Shown piece after piece: positions 13,164 to 25,649 of a stretch of DNA of 64,000 nucleotides (position 1 is its first letter; each line of letters starts with the position of its first letter). Below the pieces are notes generated by a model. The model saw only the letters and a list, made by a program, of their open reading frames with translations, searched no databases and was not told the DNA's origin. The stretch comes from Octopus vulgaris (taxonomy: Eukaryota): assembly GCA_951406725.2 (NCBI GenBank), contig OX597833.1, positions 70,122,001 to 70,186,000 on the forward strand. Reading direction: 5' to 3'. The translations under genes were made by a program, and so were the position numbers.

Positions 13164-14099
13164 GATAAACAATGACGTAGCTATTAAAACGTGTGTAAAA
13201 TGTGGAAGGATGTGCTTCTCAGTTGGAGGTCTATAAAGACATGTTAAGAGAGTGCGTGTGGTGGCACCTGTGTCTCCTGCCAGTCAGCACAGTTGTCTAC
13301 AATGTAATAAAATGAGTAAAAGCGTGACTGGGCTATAAAATCATATAAGGGCATCGCTTATCATTCTTTTTATGTCTGCGATCAGTAAGGGACCTCCGTG
13401 GAACGAGGACCTTGTTTTATAATACTATCGAAGCAATTTCCTAATAAATTTATATAAAAAAAAAATACTTTTGAGATCAAATTCCAATGCCCTACAGCCC
13501 TGGTTTCTTTTTCTGTTCTTTTCTTCTTATGAGAATGTTTGGTTTTGTATTCTGTCACTAGGTGTCTCTTTACTATTTGCATTCTATTAGTTGTTTATTA
13601 AAGCAACTTAAGATTTTTGTTCTTCCTCTCATAAGAATTTTCATTTTTCAGAGAATTATCATTTTGTCCTAGAATTGTGTATTTCGGCAACTTGATCCTT
13701 GTTTGTCGCTTCATAAGAATTTTTCTTTCTCTGGAAATGATATTTTAATGTATTTTCACATTCCTTTCTGAAACAACTTTAATACATATGGCGAGCGTTA
13801 CTGGCCTTAACTGCTTGGTTTATATGACATTGTTTTTCAGAGAGCGACTTTCGAAATCAGTTACGTTTGACAATCTATTTTCACTCGATTTCCAGTCAAC
13901 GCTTTGCAAGTTCGAGTTCGATTAAGAAAGGAGTAGTTTCTACAAGTTACAGGCCTCCTTCTCTCTCTCTCTCTCTATCTCTCTCTCTCCCTATCTCTCT
14001 GAATTTACATACCAATAAAGTCATGGAATGGGTTATCAAGGGGAATTTAATTACCATTGTAGAAGAAAATGATTTACTGAGTGTGTGTGTGGGGGGGGG

Positions 14100-14420
14100 G
14101 CACTCCGTCGGTTAGGACGACGAGGGTCCCAGCTGATACGATCAACAGAACAGCTTGCTCGTCAAATTAACGTGCAAGTGACTGAGCAACCCACAGACAC
14201 GTGTACCCCTAACGTAGTTCTCAGGGAGATTCAGCGTGACACAGAGTGTGACAAGGCCGGCCCTTTGAAATACAGGTAAAACTCATTTTTGCCAGCTGAG
14301 TGGACTGGAGCAACGTGAAATAAAGTGACTTGCTCAAGGACACGATGCGTCGCCGGGAATCGAACTCACGACCTTACAATCGTGAGCCGAATGCCCTAAC
14401 CACTAAGCCACGCGCCTTCA
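14100..14420 (-). mobile_element. tRNA-derived SINE related to family A
   Basis: Minus-strand head GAAGGCGCGTGGCTTAGTGG...GAGTTCGATTCCC; 3' body homologous to family A. Confidence 0.8.
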
Positions 14421-14477
14421 CTTTTACTGAGTGACACGCTGTATGGATTACGTTTCGAAGAAGCTGCCTCACAAAAT

Positions 14478-14711
14478 TCCTATTTCTTTAATACCCACAA
14501 GAGGCTAAACACAGAGTGGACAAACAAGGACAGACAAACGGATTAAGTCGATTACTCGACCCCAATGCGTAACTGGTACTTCATTTATCGACCCCGGAAG
14601 GATGAAAGGCAAAGTCGACCTCGGCGGAATTTGAACTCAGAACGTAACGGCAGACGAAATACTGCTAAGCATTTCGCCCGGCGTGTTAATGTTTCTGCCA
14701 GCTCGCCGCCT
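14478..14711 (-). mobile_element. Family B SINE
   Basis: Full-length reverse-complement copy. Confidence 0.88.
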
Positions 14712-15571
14712 TTCAGCGCTTTGGAATTTCTTGTAAGGGGTTAATCTTTAACCTCCTATCGCTATTCATTGTAAGTTCTGCAAGAACATGGTGTAAGAAA
14801 GTAGGCGGCATCCCGTTCACGTGATGAGTGAGTTTCGTGTTAATTGTGAAGCAGTGATATCAAATGTTGTTGCCGCTGGCTGTGTGGAGGGGGGTATTAT
14901 TTGTTCTACGAACAAGAAGGTCAAACAGAGATTTTGCTTGTCTTTGTTCATGCAGTGACATTCCTGAGAGGAATAGGTCTGCCCCCGGTTCGGAAATGGT
15001 ACTGCGTGTGTTAAAGCCACTCAGGGATAGTACATTAATGAGGTAGTCTACTTTTACTAATAGCTTTTATATCTCTCATAAGCTATCTTCAAATTTACCA
15101 TCAATGATTTCAGATATGATTGTTTGCCAACATAATGTGGCAGTCCTGGTTAGGACGAATGTTACTGTTATTTAGCCCCAGGAAACATCGTCTCCGGGTG
15201 GCTATACGACACACTATCTGTGTCCTTATATTTTCGAACAAGGGAGTTTGGCGTCCCCACTCAGCACAAAGCAATATCTGCGTGTCGCGGTCTCTGGGTT
15301 ATTTCCCTTTGTCAGCACAGAATAACTGCTCGGCCAGAGATGGCGCTGCTAAACTCTTGTGTTGAGACTGATTGTGTTCTCAATAGTCTGCATGACATAT
15401 TCCTCACATACGATGCCAGCTAGTCCTGGTTGTCGGTCGAATCTTCGTTGTTCCTTCTTTGCCAGCGTTTTTTTATTTTTCTGCATCCTTCATGATTCTG
15501 TCTATCTGGTTTAGAAATGACTCGACAGGGGCATAAGAACATATATACTCTTTACTCTTTACTCTTTTACT

Positions 15572-15651
<80 letters not shown>

Positions 15652-15669
15652 CATACACATACACACACA

Positions 15670-15756
<87 letters not shown>

Positions 15757-15760
<4 letters not shown>

Positions 15761-15945
15761 AATCCCAAAAAGATGAAGAACAAACACAAGAAAAGTACAA
15801 CAACGCGAGTACGTGGTAGATGCAAGGTATTAACAGATCCTCAAGGAAGGACAGAAAGGTAGTTTTTACGTTTCGAGCAAAAGCTCTTCGTCAGGAACAG
15901 GAGACGGAAGAAAGTCCAAGAGAAAAGGAAGACGGAGGAAACATA
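15757..15945 (-). mobile_element. Short (TA)n-embedded element with hammerhead core
   Basis: Minus strand 15862-15898 reads CTGACGA-A-GAGC tttt GCTC-GAAA-CG-TA; stem I is weak. Near-identical copy at 25032-25218. Confidence 0.7.
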
Positions 15946-16013
15946 TGTTTTTGTTTGTATGTATATATATATATGTGTGTGTGCATATCTATATATATGT
16001 GCGTCTATATACA

Positions 16014-16050
<37 letters not shown>

Positions 16051-16055
16051 TCTCT

Positions 16056-16460
16056 TTTTCTCTTTTTACTTGTTTCAGTCATTTGACTGCGGCCATGCTG
16101 GAGCACCGCCTTTAATCGAGCAACTCGACCCCGGGACTTATTCTTTTGTAAGCCCAGTACTTATTCTATCGGTCTCTTTTGCCGAACCGCTAAGTAACGG
16201 GGACAGAAACACACCAGCATCGGTTGTCAAGCAATGCTAGGGGGGACAAACACAGACACACAAACACACACATACATATATACATATACATATATACGAC
16301 GGGCTTCTTTTTTAGTTTCCGTCTACCAAATCCACTCACAAGGCTTTGGTTGACCCGAGGCTATAGTAGAAGACACTTGCCCAAGGTGCCACGCAGTGGG
16401 ACTGAACCCGGAACCATGTGGTTGGTAAACAAGCTACTTACCACACAGCCACTCCTGCGC
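16056..16460 (-). mobile_element. SINE family C (CORE-like, internal microsatellite, LINE-like tail)
   Basis: Head GGCGCAGGAGTGGCTGTGTGG, ACCTTGGGCAAGT core, tail GGCGGTGCTCCAGCATGGCCGCAG...AAAAGA. Copies at 25650, 34542, 36322 and 58613. Confidence 0.88.
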
Positions 16461-17656
16461 CATTCATCTCTTTTTGAACCATCGACCTGTGGAATCCATA
16501 ACTTTTCAAGGTGTCTGCAATTACATTATTAGGCAGAGATTGTTCGACCGAAATCAATGCCATTATATTTGCCAGTTTCCTCTCACCTTTTTTTAAAATG
16601 TTCATTGTCGTTGTTTAGCTTTTGATAAAGTTAAGCAGTGTAAATCTAATGATAGACTTTCTCTTTTCCGTCAACGAAAAGTGTTTATCTTTGTTGGGTA
16701 AGACAAAGAAAGAAAGTAGGTGAGAGAGAGGCGGGGGAAAAGAGAAAACATCTTTTACTGCTTACGAAGGAGGAGCATTAGAAATAAAACAGATTTAACT
16801 TTTTATCGGGATTTAAGTCCATCATTGTGAGTAACTTTACCTTTTTTTTGTGAACAGAGAGATAAGAGAAAGAAGAAAAGAAAGAGAGAAAGAGAGAGAA
16901 AACTTATGTAAAGGAGAACAGAACTAATTTCGTCAGACAGAAAGTTTGTAAGGAAAAGAGGAAAATTTAAAAAAACAGAGAAGGATTATTTCTGTCGACG
17001 AAGACAAAATTTGGGGGAATAAAATTTCTTGTGCAAGAAAAACAAACGGATTGTTAGAGGTTAAGTATATTTTCTTTGAAAACAAAAAATTAACTACAAA
17101 GTCTGATGCTGACACACAATGGGAAGGATAGAGAATGAAGTATGGTTGTATTCGTTGAAGGGGAAAGAGAAATGGAGAGAAATGGAGAGAGAGACAGATG
17201 GAAAAAGAAAGAGACAATCTGAGTATGTGTCTAAGAGGACAAGAGAATATGTTTTATGGTAATTAGGAAGTAACCCGAGTTTTGGAAAGTTCGATCCAAG
17301 TAACAACAACAGCAACAACAACATTTTGTGCTCGTAAAGGTTGGAATTCGTCGAATCCGGAGAAAATTACCAACAACCAGAATATAATAACAACAAAAAT
17401 GAGACTCTAACAGGAATTATGGTAATTACAAGGATTCCATAATCAATTAATGATTCTTAATGAGAGAATAATAGAAATTATTTATATACTAACAGGTGGA
17501 TATTATAATAAGCAAAAAACAAATTCCTAGCCATAACCCGGTTTTCGGTAATTATGAGGAATAAAAACGGCGAAAAAGGGATCTTATTGCAGTCATGAAT
17601 CCGTATGGCTGACAGGCCACGTGGGTGTATAAATACAATGTTATCTAAAATATATC

Positions 17657-18210
<554 letters not shown>

Positions 18211-18788
18211 GGGGGGGAGAATAGAGAATAGAGAAAATGGTGACATAGACAGGTAGAAAAGGAGAGACATTTCGTTCGTTCTTTTTTTTATCTTCCTTTT
18301 TTTATCAGGTGAAAATAACAGTTGGCAACAGAAAGTAAAAAAAAAAGTCAGATTCAAAGTAAAAATTTGTCTGCGTCTCTTGTGGTGTTGTTGCCACATG
18401 TCAGTTCCCACAAAACGGCTCTCCGGACGTGGACCTCTCACCTCCTTACCTTTGGTGTACTCTTAATTCTATTATGCAAGTCTTTGCTGCTGCAGTCGCT
18501 ATTTCTCCATGTTCACCTGGTTTTATTGTTAATGAAGCAACAGGTGAAAAGGCTGCATTATATTTTCAGGCATAACGTATGAAGATATATATGTCGAATC
18601 CGGAGAAAAAAATTACCTGCAACCAGGATATACTTACAGACAAAGGGTTGCGTGATGCACACACACTCACACGTGCGCTCGTACGCACGCACGTGCGAGT
18701 GTGCATGCATGAGTGTCTGCATGTGTGTATATATGTATGTATGTGTGTGCGCGCGAGTGTGCGTGTGTGTGTGGATATGTGTGTATGA

Positions 18789-18850
<62 letters not shown>

Positions 18851-20052
18851 GCGAGAATGAAGCAACAAGAATGGATAGGTTTTTAGTACGATCGTTTCAT
18901 ACAAGGACAGGTTTTATTAAAAGTTGCAAAAATTACAGCATATAAACGTGTCCCGTACTCATCAGCTAAAATACATGTGAGTTCTCTAGACATCCTAGTG
19001 GTTGAGGCTATACTCATGAAGTAATGTAGATAATTAAGTAACATAAACAGATTTCAAAAGTTCATTAAAGTTCTTTAAAGATGATGTACAGTCTTATCAC
19101 AGAATTTCAAAAAAGTCTTAATAGCATCACAGAATTTCAAAAAAGTCTTAATAGCATCACAGAGAAGGTGACCCGATCCATAGTGCACATATGAATTTCC
19201 AGAGATATGATGAGGGGTTACATACTCACAGAAAGCAAATTTATCCATTGTCAATTACAACGAGGTGGGTTTCAATTCCTGCTTATTAGCATTACAGAGA
19301 GGGTGAGTTAATCCTTTGTATAGATGCACAATTTCCAATGGTGTAGGTGTAAATTTCCAAGGAATTTCATATTCACCGGCGATAAATTTATCAATGGTTG
19401 AACACAATGAGGTAGGTATCAAATCTTGCTATATGAATAGGTATTTGTCACATTAATCAGATTACTGCTATTTACAAGAGGCTGTAGCTATTTAACTTTT
19501 AAGGCTGAAGAGCTTACTAGAGCTGTATAGAATAGAAGAGGGAAGGGCATAGAAGAAAAGAGAGAAAATAAAATAGAGAGAAAATAAAAGAGGAGGGAGC
19601 AAAAAAGGGGGGGGGAAAGGGGGACTCAAAGAGAAGAGAAAAGGAAAAAGAGGATAAGAAGAAGAAAAAGAAAAAGAAAAAAGAGAAAAAGAAGAAAAAA
19701 GAAAAAAGAAGAAAGAAGAAAGAAAAAGAAAAAAAAGTTTCTAGTTATACAGAAGAATTGGTAGACGACAAGTCTGGTTTTAGCTTACAGGCATCTAGGA
19801 ATTAGGGGAGAATATTATTCTTTGACCAGTTAAAACAGCTAATTTATTGCTGTTGAAACCAGCTATGAATTTAAAGAGAATCTAAAGAGATAACACAGTT
19901 AGGGGTTTCGGGGTCAGATGCTAAAATCACCAGAAAATACATTAGGGAAAACTAGGTATAATCTTATCAAAAAGTCATTAAAATTTACTTATTTAATTTA
20001 TTCATTTTATTGTCTTAAGGAGTTGCCGTTATTATTCATACATTGACGGACT
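18851..20052 (-). repeat. Left inverted arm (inverted pseudo-LTR-like copy of the element 3' region)
   Basis: Near-perfect reverse complement of 21326-22527; the visible differences are homopolymer or simple-repeat lengths. Confidence 0.95.
18881..18971 (-). ncRNA. Type I hammerhead ribozyme (mirror copy)
   Basis: Exact reverse complement of 22407-22497. Confidence 0.85.
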
Positions 20053-20100
20053 TACAGCAATAGTAACTATCAAAACATAGGTGAAATTAGTAACCACAGA

Positions 20101-20883
20101 ATGACTAATAACATTAACATTAATAGTAATAATAGCAATGCCGATATTAGTAGAAGTAATAATGTTAATAATAGAAATAATAGAAATAGGGAAAATAGAG
20201 AAAATAAGGAGAATGAAAATATTAGTGATATCTATAACAACAATATGCAGTCGGATAAAAAGACTAGCAATAATATTAACATTACCAATAATATAAGAAA
20301 TCATGGTAGGACTTTAGATCTAAATAATGAAACAGAAGGATCAAGAAATAATAGCAATACTTTAGATATCAGCACCAACTATAGAAATGCTAATCAAAAT
20401 AATAGGAACCTAAAACATCTACCCAAGAATAATCCAAAGCCTGAAGGTGTTCCTCCTGTGTGTAAGTGTAGAATAAAATCAAAATGCCCGGCACATGGTC
20501 TATGTGGAGAAAATAATGTAATCTATAAATGTACCATATCCACGGAGAATAACAAATATCATTACATTGGATGTACAATAAATTTTTTAGCTAGAGTTAG
20601 AAATCACATCTCGACTTTTAAATTACGTCATAAAGCTGGTACCACCACACTTTCAAACAAAATCTGGGAACTCAAAAATAATAATAAAAATTATAACCTT
20701 AATTGGGAAATAGTTAGGAGAGCAATTCCGTATAAAAATAGTAGGGTTGGTTGCCAACTATGCTCCATGGAGACATATGAAATTCTAAAGCATAGAAAAC
20801 ATAGAAACCTATTGAATAACCATATCGAGCTAGGTCAAGTTTGTGTCCACGCTAAATTGAAGACTTTAAAATATTTTAAATGA
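20101..20883 (+). CDS. GIY-YIG endonuclease of PLE type, preceded by an Asn-rich linker
   Basis: CKCRIKSKCP..G.C, VIYKC...HYIGCT, R..NH..TF, TTLS..IW.LK, W.I...A.PY, CQLC..E, LLN...EL...C.H. No stops; the frame stays open upstream to the arm junction (~20047). Confidence 0.88.
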   Translation: MTNNININSNNSNADISRSNNVNNRNNRNRENRENKENENISDIYNNNMQSDKKTSNNINITNNIRNHGRTLDLNNETEGSRNNSNTLDISTNYRNANQNNRNLKHLPKNNPKPEGVPPVCKCRIKSKCPAHGLCGENNVIYKCTISTENNKYHYIGCTINFLARVRNHISTFKLRHKAGTTTLSNKIWELKNNNKNYNLNWEIVRRAIPYKNSRVGCQLCSMETYEILKHRKHRNLLNNHIELGQVCVHAKLKTLKYFK

Positions 20884-21325
20884 TTAGAATATTCGTAACT
20901 AGATAGATTGATATAACCTGTTTTCTACTGGTATAGCACTGCTTTAAGTAGATAAATAAGAGTTCTCACACTACAGTTATCTTTGTCCTATATCTGCATC
21001 AGTTTTTTGAGAACAGGGAAATGAATAGCACTTATTCGCTGCTTAATTGAGGCTTTATTTAATTTCAAACTCACAACTTTTAAATTTTTTAAAATTTTTT
21101 TAAATTCTTAATTTTAAATCTTAATTGTAATTTTTAATTTTAGTTCCCAACTTAATCTAATTTAATTAGCATAACTCTAATTAATTAGAATGAGTTACTA
21201 TAGACCCATAATTCTACTTCAAAATTAAATAAATGAGACTATTCCCTCGGTGATAATATGATTATCTTCATTATGATAGACAATCCCCTAACACCTTTTA
21301 AATGATCTTCTAAGACTTGACCTGT

Positions 21326-22527
21326 AGTCCGTCAATGTATGAATAATAACGGCAACTCCTTAAGACAATAAAATGAATAAATTAAATAAGTAAATTTTAA
21401 TGACTTTTTGATAAGATTATACCTAGTTTTCCCTAATGTATTTTCTGGTGATTTTAGCATCTGACCCCGAAACCCCTAACTGTGTTATCTCTTTAGATTC
21501 TCTTTAAATTCATAGCTGGTTTCAACAGCAATAAATTAGCTGTTTTAACTGGTCAAAGAATAATATTCTCCCCTAATTCCTAGATGCCTGTAAGCTAAAA
21601 CCAGACTTGTCGTCTACCAATTCTTCTGTATAACTAGAAACTTTTTTTCTTTTTCTTTTCTTCTTTCTTCTTTTTTCTTTTTTCTTCTTTTTCTTTTTTT
21701 CTTTTTTTCTTTTTCTTCTTCTTATCCTCTTTTTCCTTTTCTCTTCTCTTTGAGTCCCCCTTTCCCCCCCCCTTTTTTGCTCCCTCCTCTTTTATTTTCT
21801 CTCTATTTTATTTTCTCTCTTTTCTTCTATGCCCTTCCCTCTTCTATTCTATACAGCTCTAGTAAGCTCTTCAGCCTTAAAAGTTAAATAGCTACAGCCT
21901 CTTGTAAATAGCAGTAATCTGATTAATGTGACAAATACCTATTCATATAGCAAGATTTGATACCTACCTCATTGTGTTCAACCATTGATAAATTTATCGC
22001 CGGTGAATATGAAATTCCTTGGAAATTTACACCTACACCATTGGAAATTGTGCATCTATACAAAGGATTAACTCACCCTCTCTGTAATGCTAATAAGCAG
22101 GAATTGAAACCCACCTCGTTGTAATTGACAATGGATAAATTTGCTTTCTGTGAGTATGTAACCCCTCATCATATCTCTGGAAATTCATATGTGCACTATG
22201 GATCGGGTCACCTTCTCTGTGATGCTATTAAGACTTTTTGAAATTCTGTGATGCTATTAAGACTTTTTTGAAATTCTGTGATAAGACTGTACATCATCTT
22301 TAAAGAACTTTAATGAACTTTTGAAATCTGTTTATGTTACTTAATTATCTACATTACTTCATGAGTATAGCCTCAACCACTAGGATGTCTAGAGAACTCA
22401 CATGTATTTTAGCTGATGAGTACGGGACACGTTTATATGCTGTAATTTTTGCAACTTTTAATAAAACCTGTCCTTGTATGAAACGATCGTACTAAAAACC
22501 TATCCATTCTTGTTGCTTCATTCTCGC
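21326..22527 (+). repeat. Right inverted arm (element 3' UTR / pseudo-LTR)
   Basis: Partner of 18851-20052; contains a polypyrimidine tract, a 30-bp tandem duplication and a hammerhead. Confidence 0.95.
22407..22497 (+). ncRNA. Type I hammerhead ribozyme with long stem II and palindromic stem III
   Basis: TTTTAG-CTGATGA-GTACGGGACA...TGTCCTTGTAT-GAAA-C-GATC-G-TA-CTAAAA; predicted cleavage after GUA (22491). Confidence 0.87.
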
Positions 22528-22644
22528 TTATAATCACCCCACATTACTGTATTGTTAAATCAGTATAGTTTTTTTTGGTGCATCTAAGTTAGGTACCATA
22601 TTCAAGTAAATTCATTTAAATTAACTTGAATCTTTATTGCTTTT

Positions 22645-22687
<43 letters not shown>

Positions 22688-22690
<3 letters not shown>

Positions 22691-22885
22691 GGCGAGCTGG
22701 CTGAATCGTTTGTACGCCGGGGGAAATGCGTAGCCGTGTTTCGTCTGCCGTTACGTCCTGAGTTCAAATTCTGCCGAGGTCGACTCTGCCTTTCATCATT
22801 TCGGCGTCGATTAAATAAGTACCAGTTACGCACTGGGGTTGATATAATCGACTTAATCCGTTTGTCTCTCCTTGTTTGTTCCCTA
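22688..22885 (+). mobile_element. Family B SINE
   Basis: Family B head and core. Confidence 0.85.
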
Positions 22886-22933
22886 TGATGCTAGGTGTTT
22901 CCATTATTTTGTCCAACCCCTGTGTATACATAC

Positions 22934-22993
<60 letters not shown>

Positions 22994-23342
22994 CAGTGTG
23001 TATGCATGTATAATGTACAGTCGATGAAGAATAGAAGCAACAAGTTTTTACCGCAATAACAATAGAAACTTTGTTAGTTTCACTCTTAAAGAAATTTCTG
23101 AAACGTTTCGGACTAAAATACTTCTTTGTGAAACGGAAATGGGAAGGATCGGAAGAGAAAGGAAATAGTGGGTGACTGCCGGAAGTATACATAAACGAGG
23201 GCCATGTTGGAAGTCGAAGCTGACATTGGCAACATGACCCACCCGACATACGAGAAGCGATTATAGAGACTGTTTCAGTATTTAAAGACTGAAATCAGAA
23301 GCGGGGTGTGCAATAAGTGGTATGACCTTTGAACTGTTTAGG

Positions 23343-23427
<85 letters not shown>

Positions 23428-23571
23428 TATGTGTGTGTTCGTGGAAGTGTATGCCGAAGGCATTTTGACGTCAGCAACATATGTATACCTCTGTTTGTGT
23501 CTGTGTAGTTTGTTTTGGATATTTTGCGCTTATTCCTAAAACCTGTTGTTGCATAGTGTGTGTGTGTATGC

Positions 23572-23603
<32 letters not shown>

Positions 23604-24345
23604 GTGTGTGATTGTCGGTACAGCGTATGTGCGTTTGTGTGTGTATGTATGTGAAATTTGAAGCTGCGAGTTACGATTGTGGGTGTATGTACGACATGAG
23701 TGTGTTAGTGCGTTTGTAAAGTATGTGTACGCTTGTGCGTTTCTGTGTGCATGTGTGTGTTTGTATGTGTGGTGTGTGTGTGTTTGTATTTGCGTGCGTG
23801 CGTGTGTGTTTGTATTTGTGTGTGTGTGTGTATTTGTGTATGTGTGTGTTTGTGTGTGTGTGTATGTGTGTGTAGTTCGCATTCTATGCGCATTCCATTA
23901 TGTAAGAATTTGCTGTTGCCTGGCGTTTCTTTGTGTGCATGTGTGTGTGTACGTCTGAATGTATGTGTATATGCAGGATTGGTATGCGTGTGCGCAAGTC
24001 TGCGTTTGTATTAAATGTGTATATTGCAAGGCGTATAGATTGTGTCGACGTGTGCGTATATTCGTGTGTATGCCTTCCGTGTATGTGTATAAGCATGAGT
24101 GTGTGTATATGTGTGTGTCTTTGTGTGTGTGTGTGTGTGTGCGTGTGTATATATATAGGTATGTATGTATATATGCATATGTATATATATATATATATAT
24201 TTATTATATATATATATATATATGCATATATGTATATATATTATATATATAAATGCATATGAATTTATATGTATATATATGTGTATATATATATAAATAT
24301 ATATATATATATGCATATATACATATATGTACATAATTACATATA

Positions 24346-24410
<65 letters not shown>

Positions 24411-24825
24411 GGATAAATGTGTACAGGACGTCATAAAACGCAAACAACATGAAATACGACATACGAAAACATGGAATACGAATTTTTTTGCGAACAACGA
24501 AAGAAACAGATGGCAAATGAGCCAAATAACATAAGCCCTTACTGTTTGTTTTCCCTGTCCTGTTTTTGTTATCAAGTTTGGTCCTCCGCAAATCCCAAAT
24601 TTTATTTTGCTTTGCGGGAGCAACTGTTTTCTCGAAGACACAACTTGTCGTAATTGCTCGAAATGTGGAGTAGATAAACAGTCGACTACTGATGAAGGGT
24701 CGTTCTTTATGTTACTTGTCTTCTTTTCCATTTGCTTCTTTTGTTGTTCACCCAAAGAGTTCCTATTTCAGGTTTTCGTATTTCGTATTTCATGTTGTTT
24801 ACGTTTTATGATGTCCTGTACCCAT
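24411..24825. mobile_element. Fold-back element in (TA)n with ~100-bp imperfect inverted arms
   Basis: GTACAGGACGTCATAAAACGCAAACAACATGAAATACGA pairs with TCGTATTTCATGTTGTTTACGTTTTATGATGTCCTGTAC. Confidence 0.7.
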
Positions 24826-24903
24826 ATATGCATATGTATATACATATATATATGTAATTATGTACATATATGTATATGTGCATATATATATATATATACA
24901 TAT

Positions 24904-24936
<33 letters not shown>

Positions 24937-24941
24937 CATAT

Positions 24942-24976
<35 letters not shown>

Positions 24977-25001
24977 CATGCACACACATATATATATACA
25001 T

Positions 25002-25031
<30 letters not shown>

Positions 25032-25032
<1 letters not shown>

Positions 25033-25218
25033 GTAAATCCCAAAAAGATGAAGAACAAACACAAGAAAAGTACAACAACGCGAGTACGTGGTAGATGCAA
25101 AGTATTAACAGATGCTCAAGGAAGGACAGAAAAGTAGTTTTTACGTTTCGAGCAAAAGCTCTTCGTCAGGAACAGGAGACGGAAGAAAGTCCAAGAGAAA
25201 AGGAAGACGGAGGAAACA
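25032..25218 (-). mobile_element. Copy of the 15757 hammerhead-bearing element
   Basis: Near-identical to 15757-15945; core at 25137-25173. Confidence 0.72.
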
Positions 25219-25289
25219 TATGTGTTTGTTTGTATGTATATATATATATATATATATGTGTGCATATCTATATGTATGTGCGTCTATAT

Positions 25290-25347
<58 letters not shown>

Positions 25348-25363
25348 ATATAAATACATACAG

Positions 25364-25582
25364 ACGAGGGGGGTAGTGAAGTGTTCCCGGTTTTGGGTAA
25401 AAGAAAAAAGAAGAAAAATCATTTAATTATGATTTTATTCAACATATTCTCCACAGACAGACGCACTTATTGCAACGGTCCTTCAGTTTTTCAAAACCCT
25501 GTAAAAAGAACTCGGATAGATGGGCCTCCGACATGATTTTCGCGATTCCTTTACAGCTGGGAACTTCTCAACACCCCTCGCG
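25364..25582. mobile_element. Degenerate mariner-like MITE
   Basis: Imperfect TIR ACGAGGGGGTAGTGAAGTGTTCCCGG / CTGGGAACTTCTCAACACCCCTCG. Confidence 0.5.
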
Positions 25583-25649
25583 TGTATGTATCATATATCC
25601 AATGCATGTAATGTAGGTATGTTTATATATATATATATATATCTTTTTT

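Larger units (their letters stand above)
18851..22646 (+). mobile_element. Penelope-like retroelement, RT-less or 5'-truncated, with 1.2-kb inverted repeat arms and two hammerheads
   Basis: 18851-20052 is the reverse complement of 21326-22527. The spacer holds a GIY-YIG frame. An unpaired 3' tail spans 22528-22646, and (TA)n lies on both sides. Confidence 0.88.

Noticed and set aside
20032-20304. Hydrophobic 90-aa minus-strand ORF
   Set aside because: It is the antisense shadow of the Asn-rich (AAT) linker.
18851-22527. Reading the 1.2-kb inverted arms as DNA-transposon TIRs (Foldback/Mutator/Polinton)
   Set aside because: There is no transposase or integrase. The arms are asymmetric (extra 3' tail), contain hammerheads, and enclose a PLE-type GIY-YIG.
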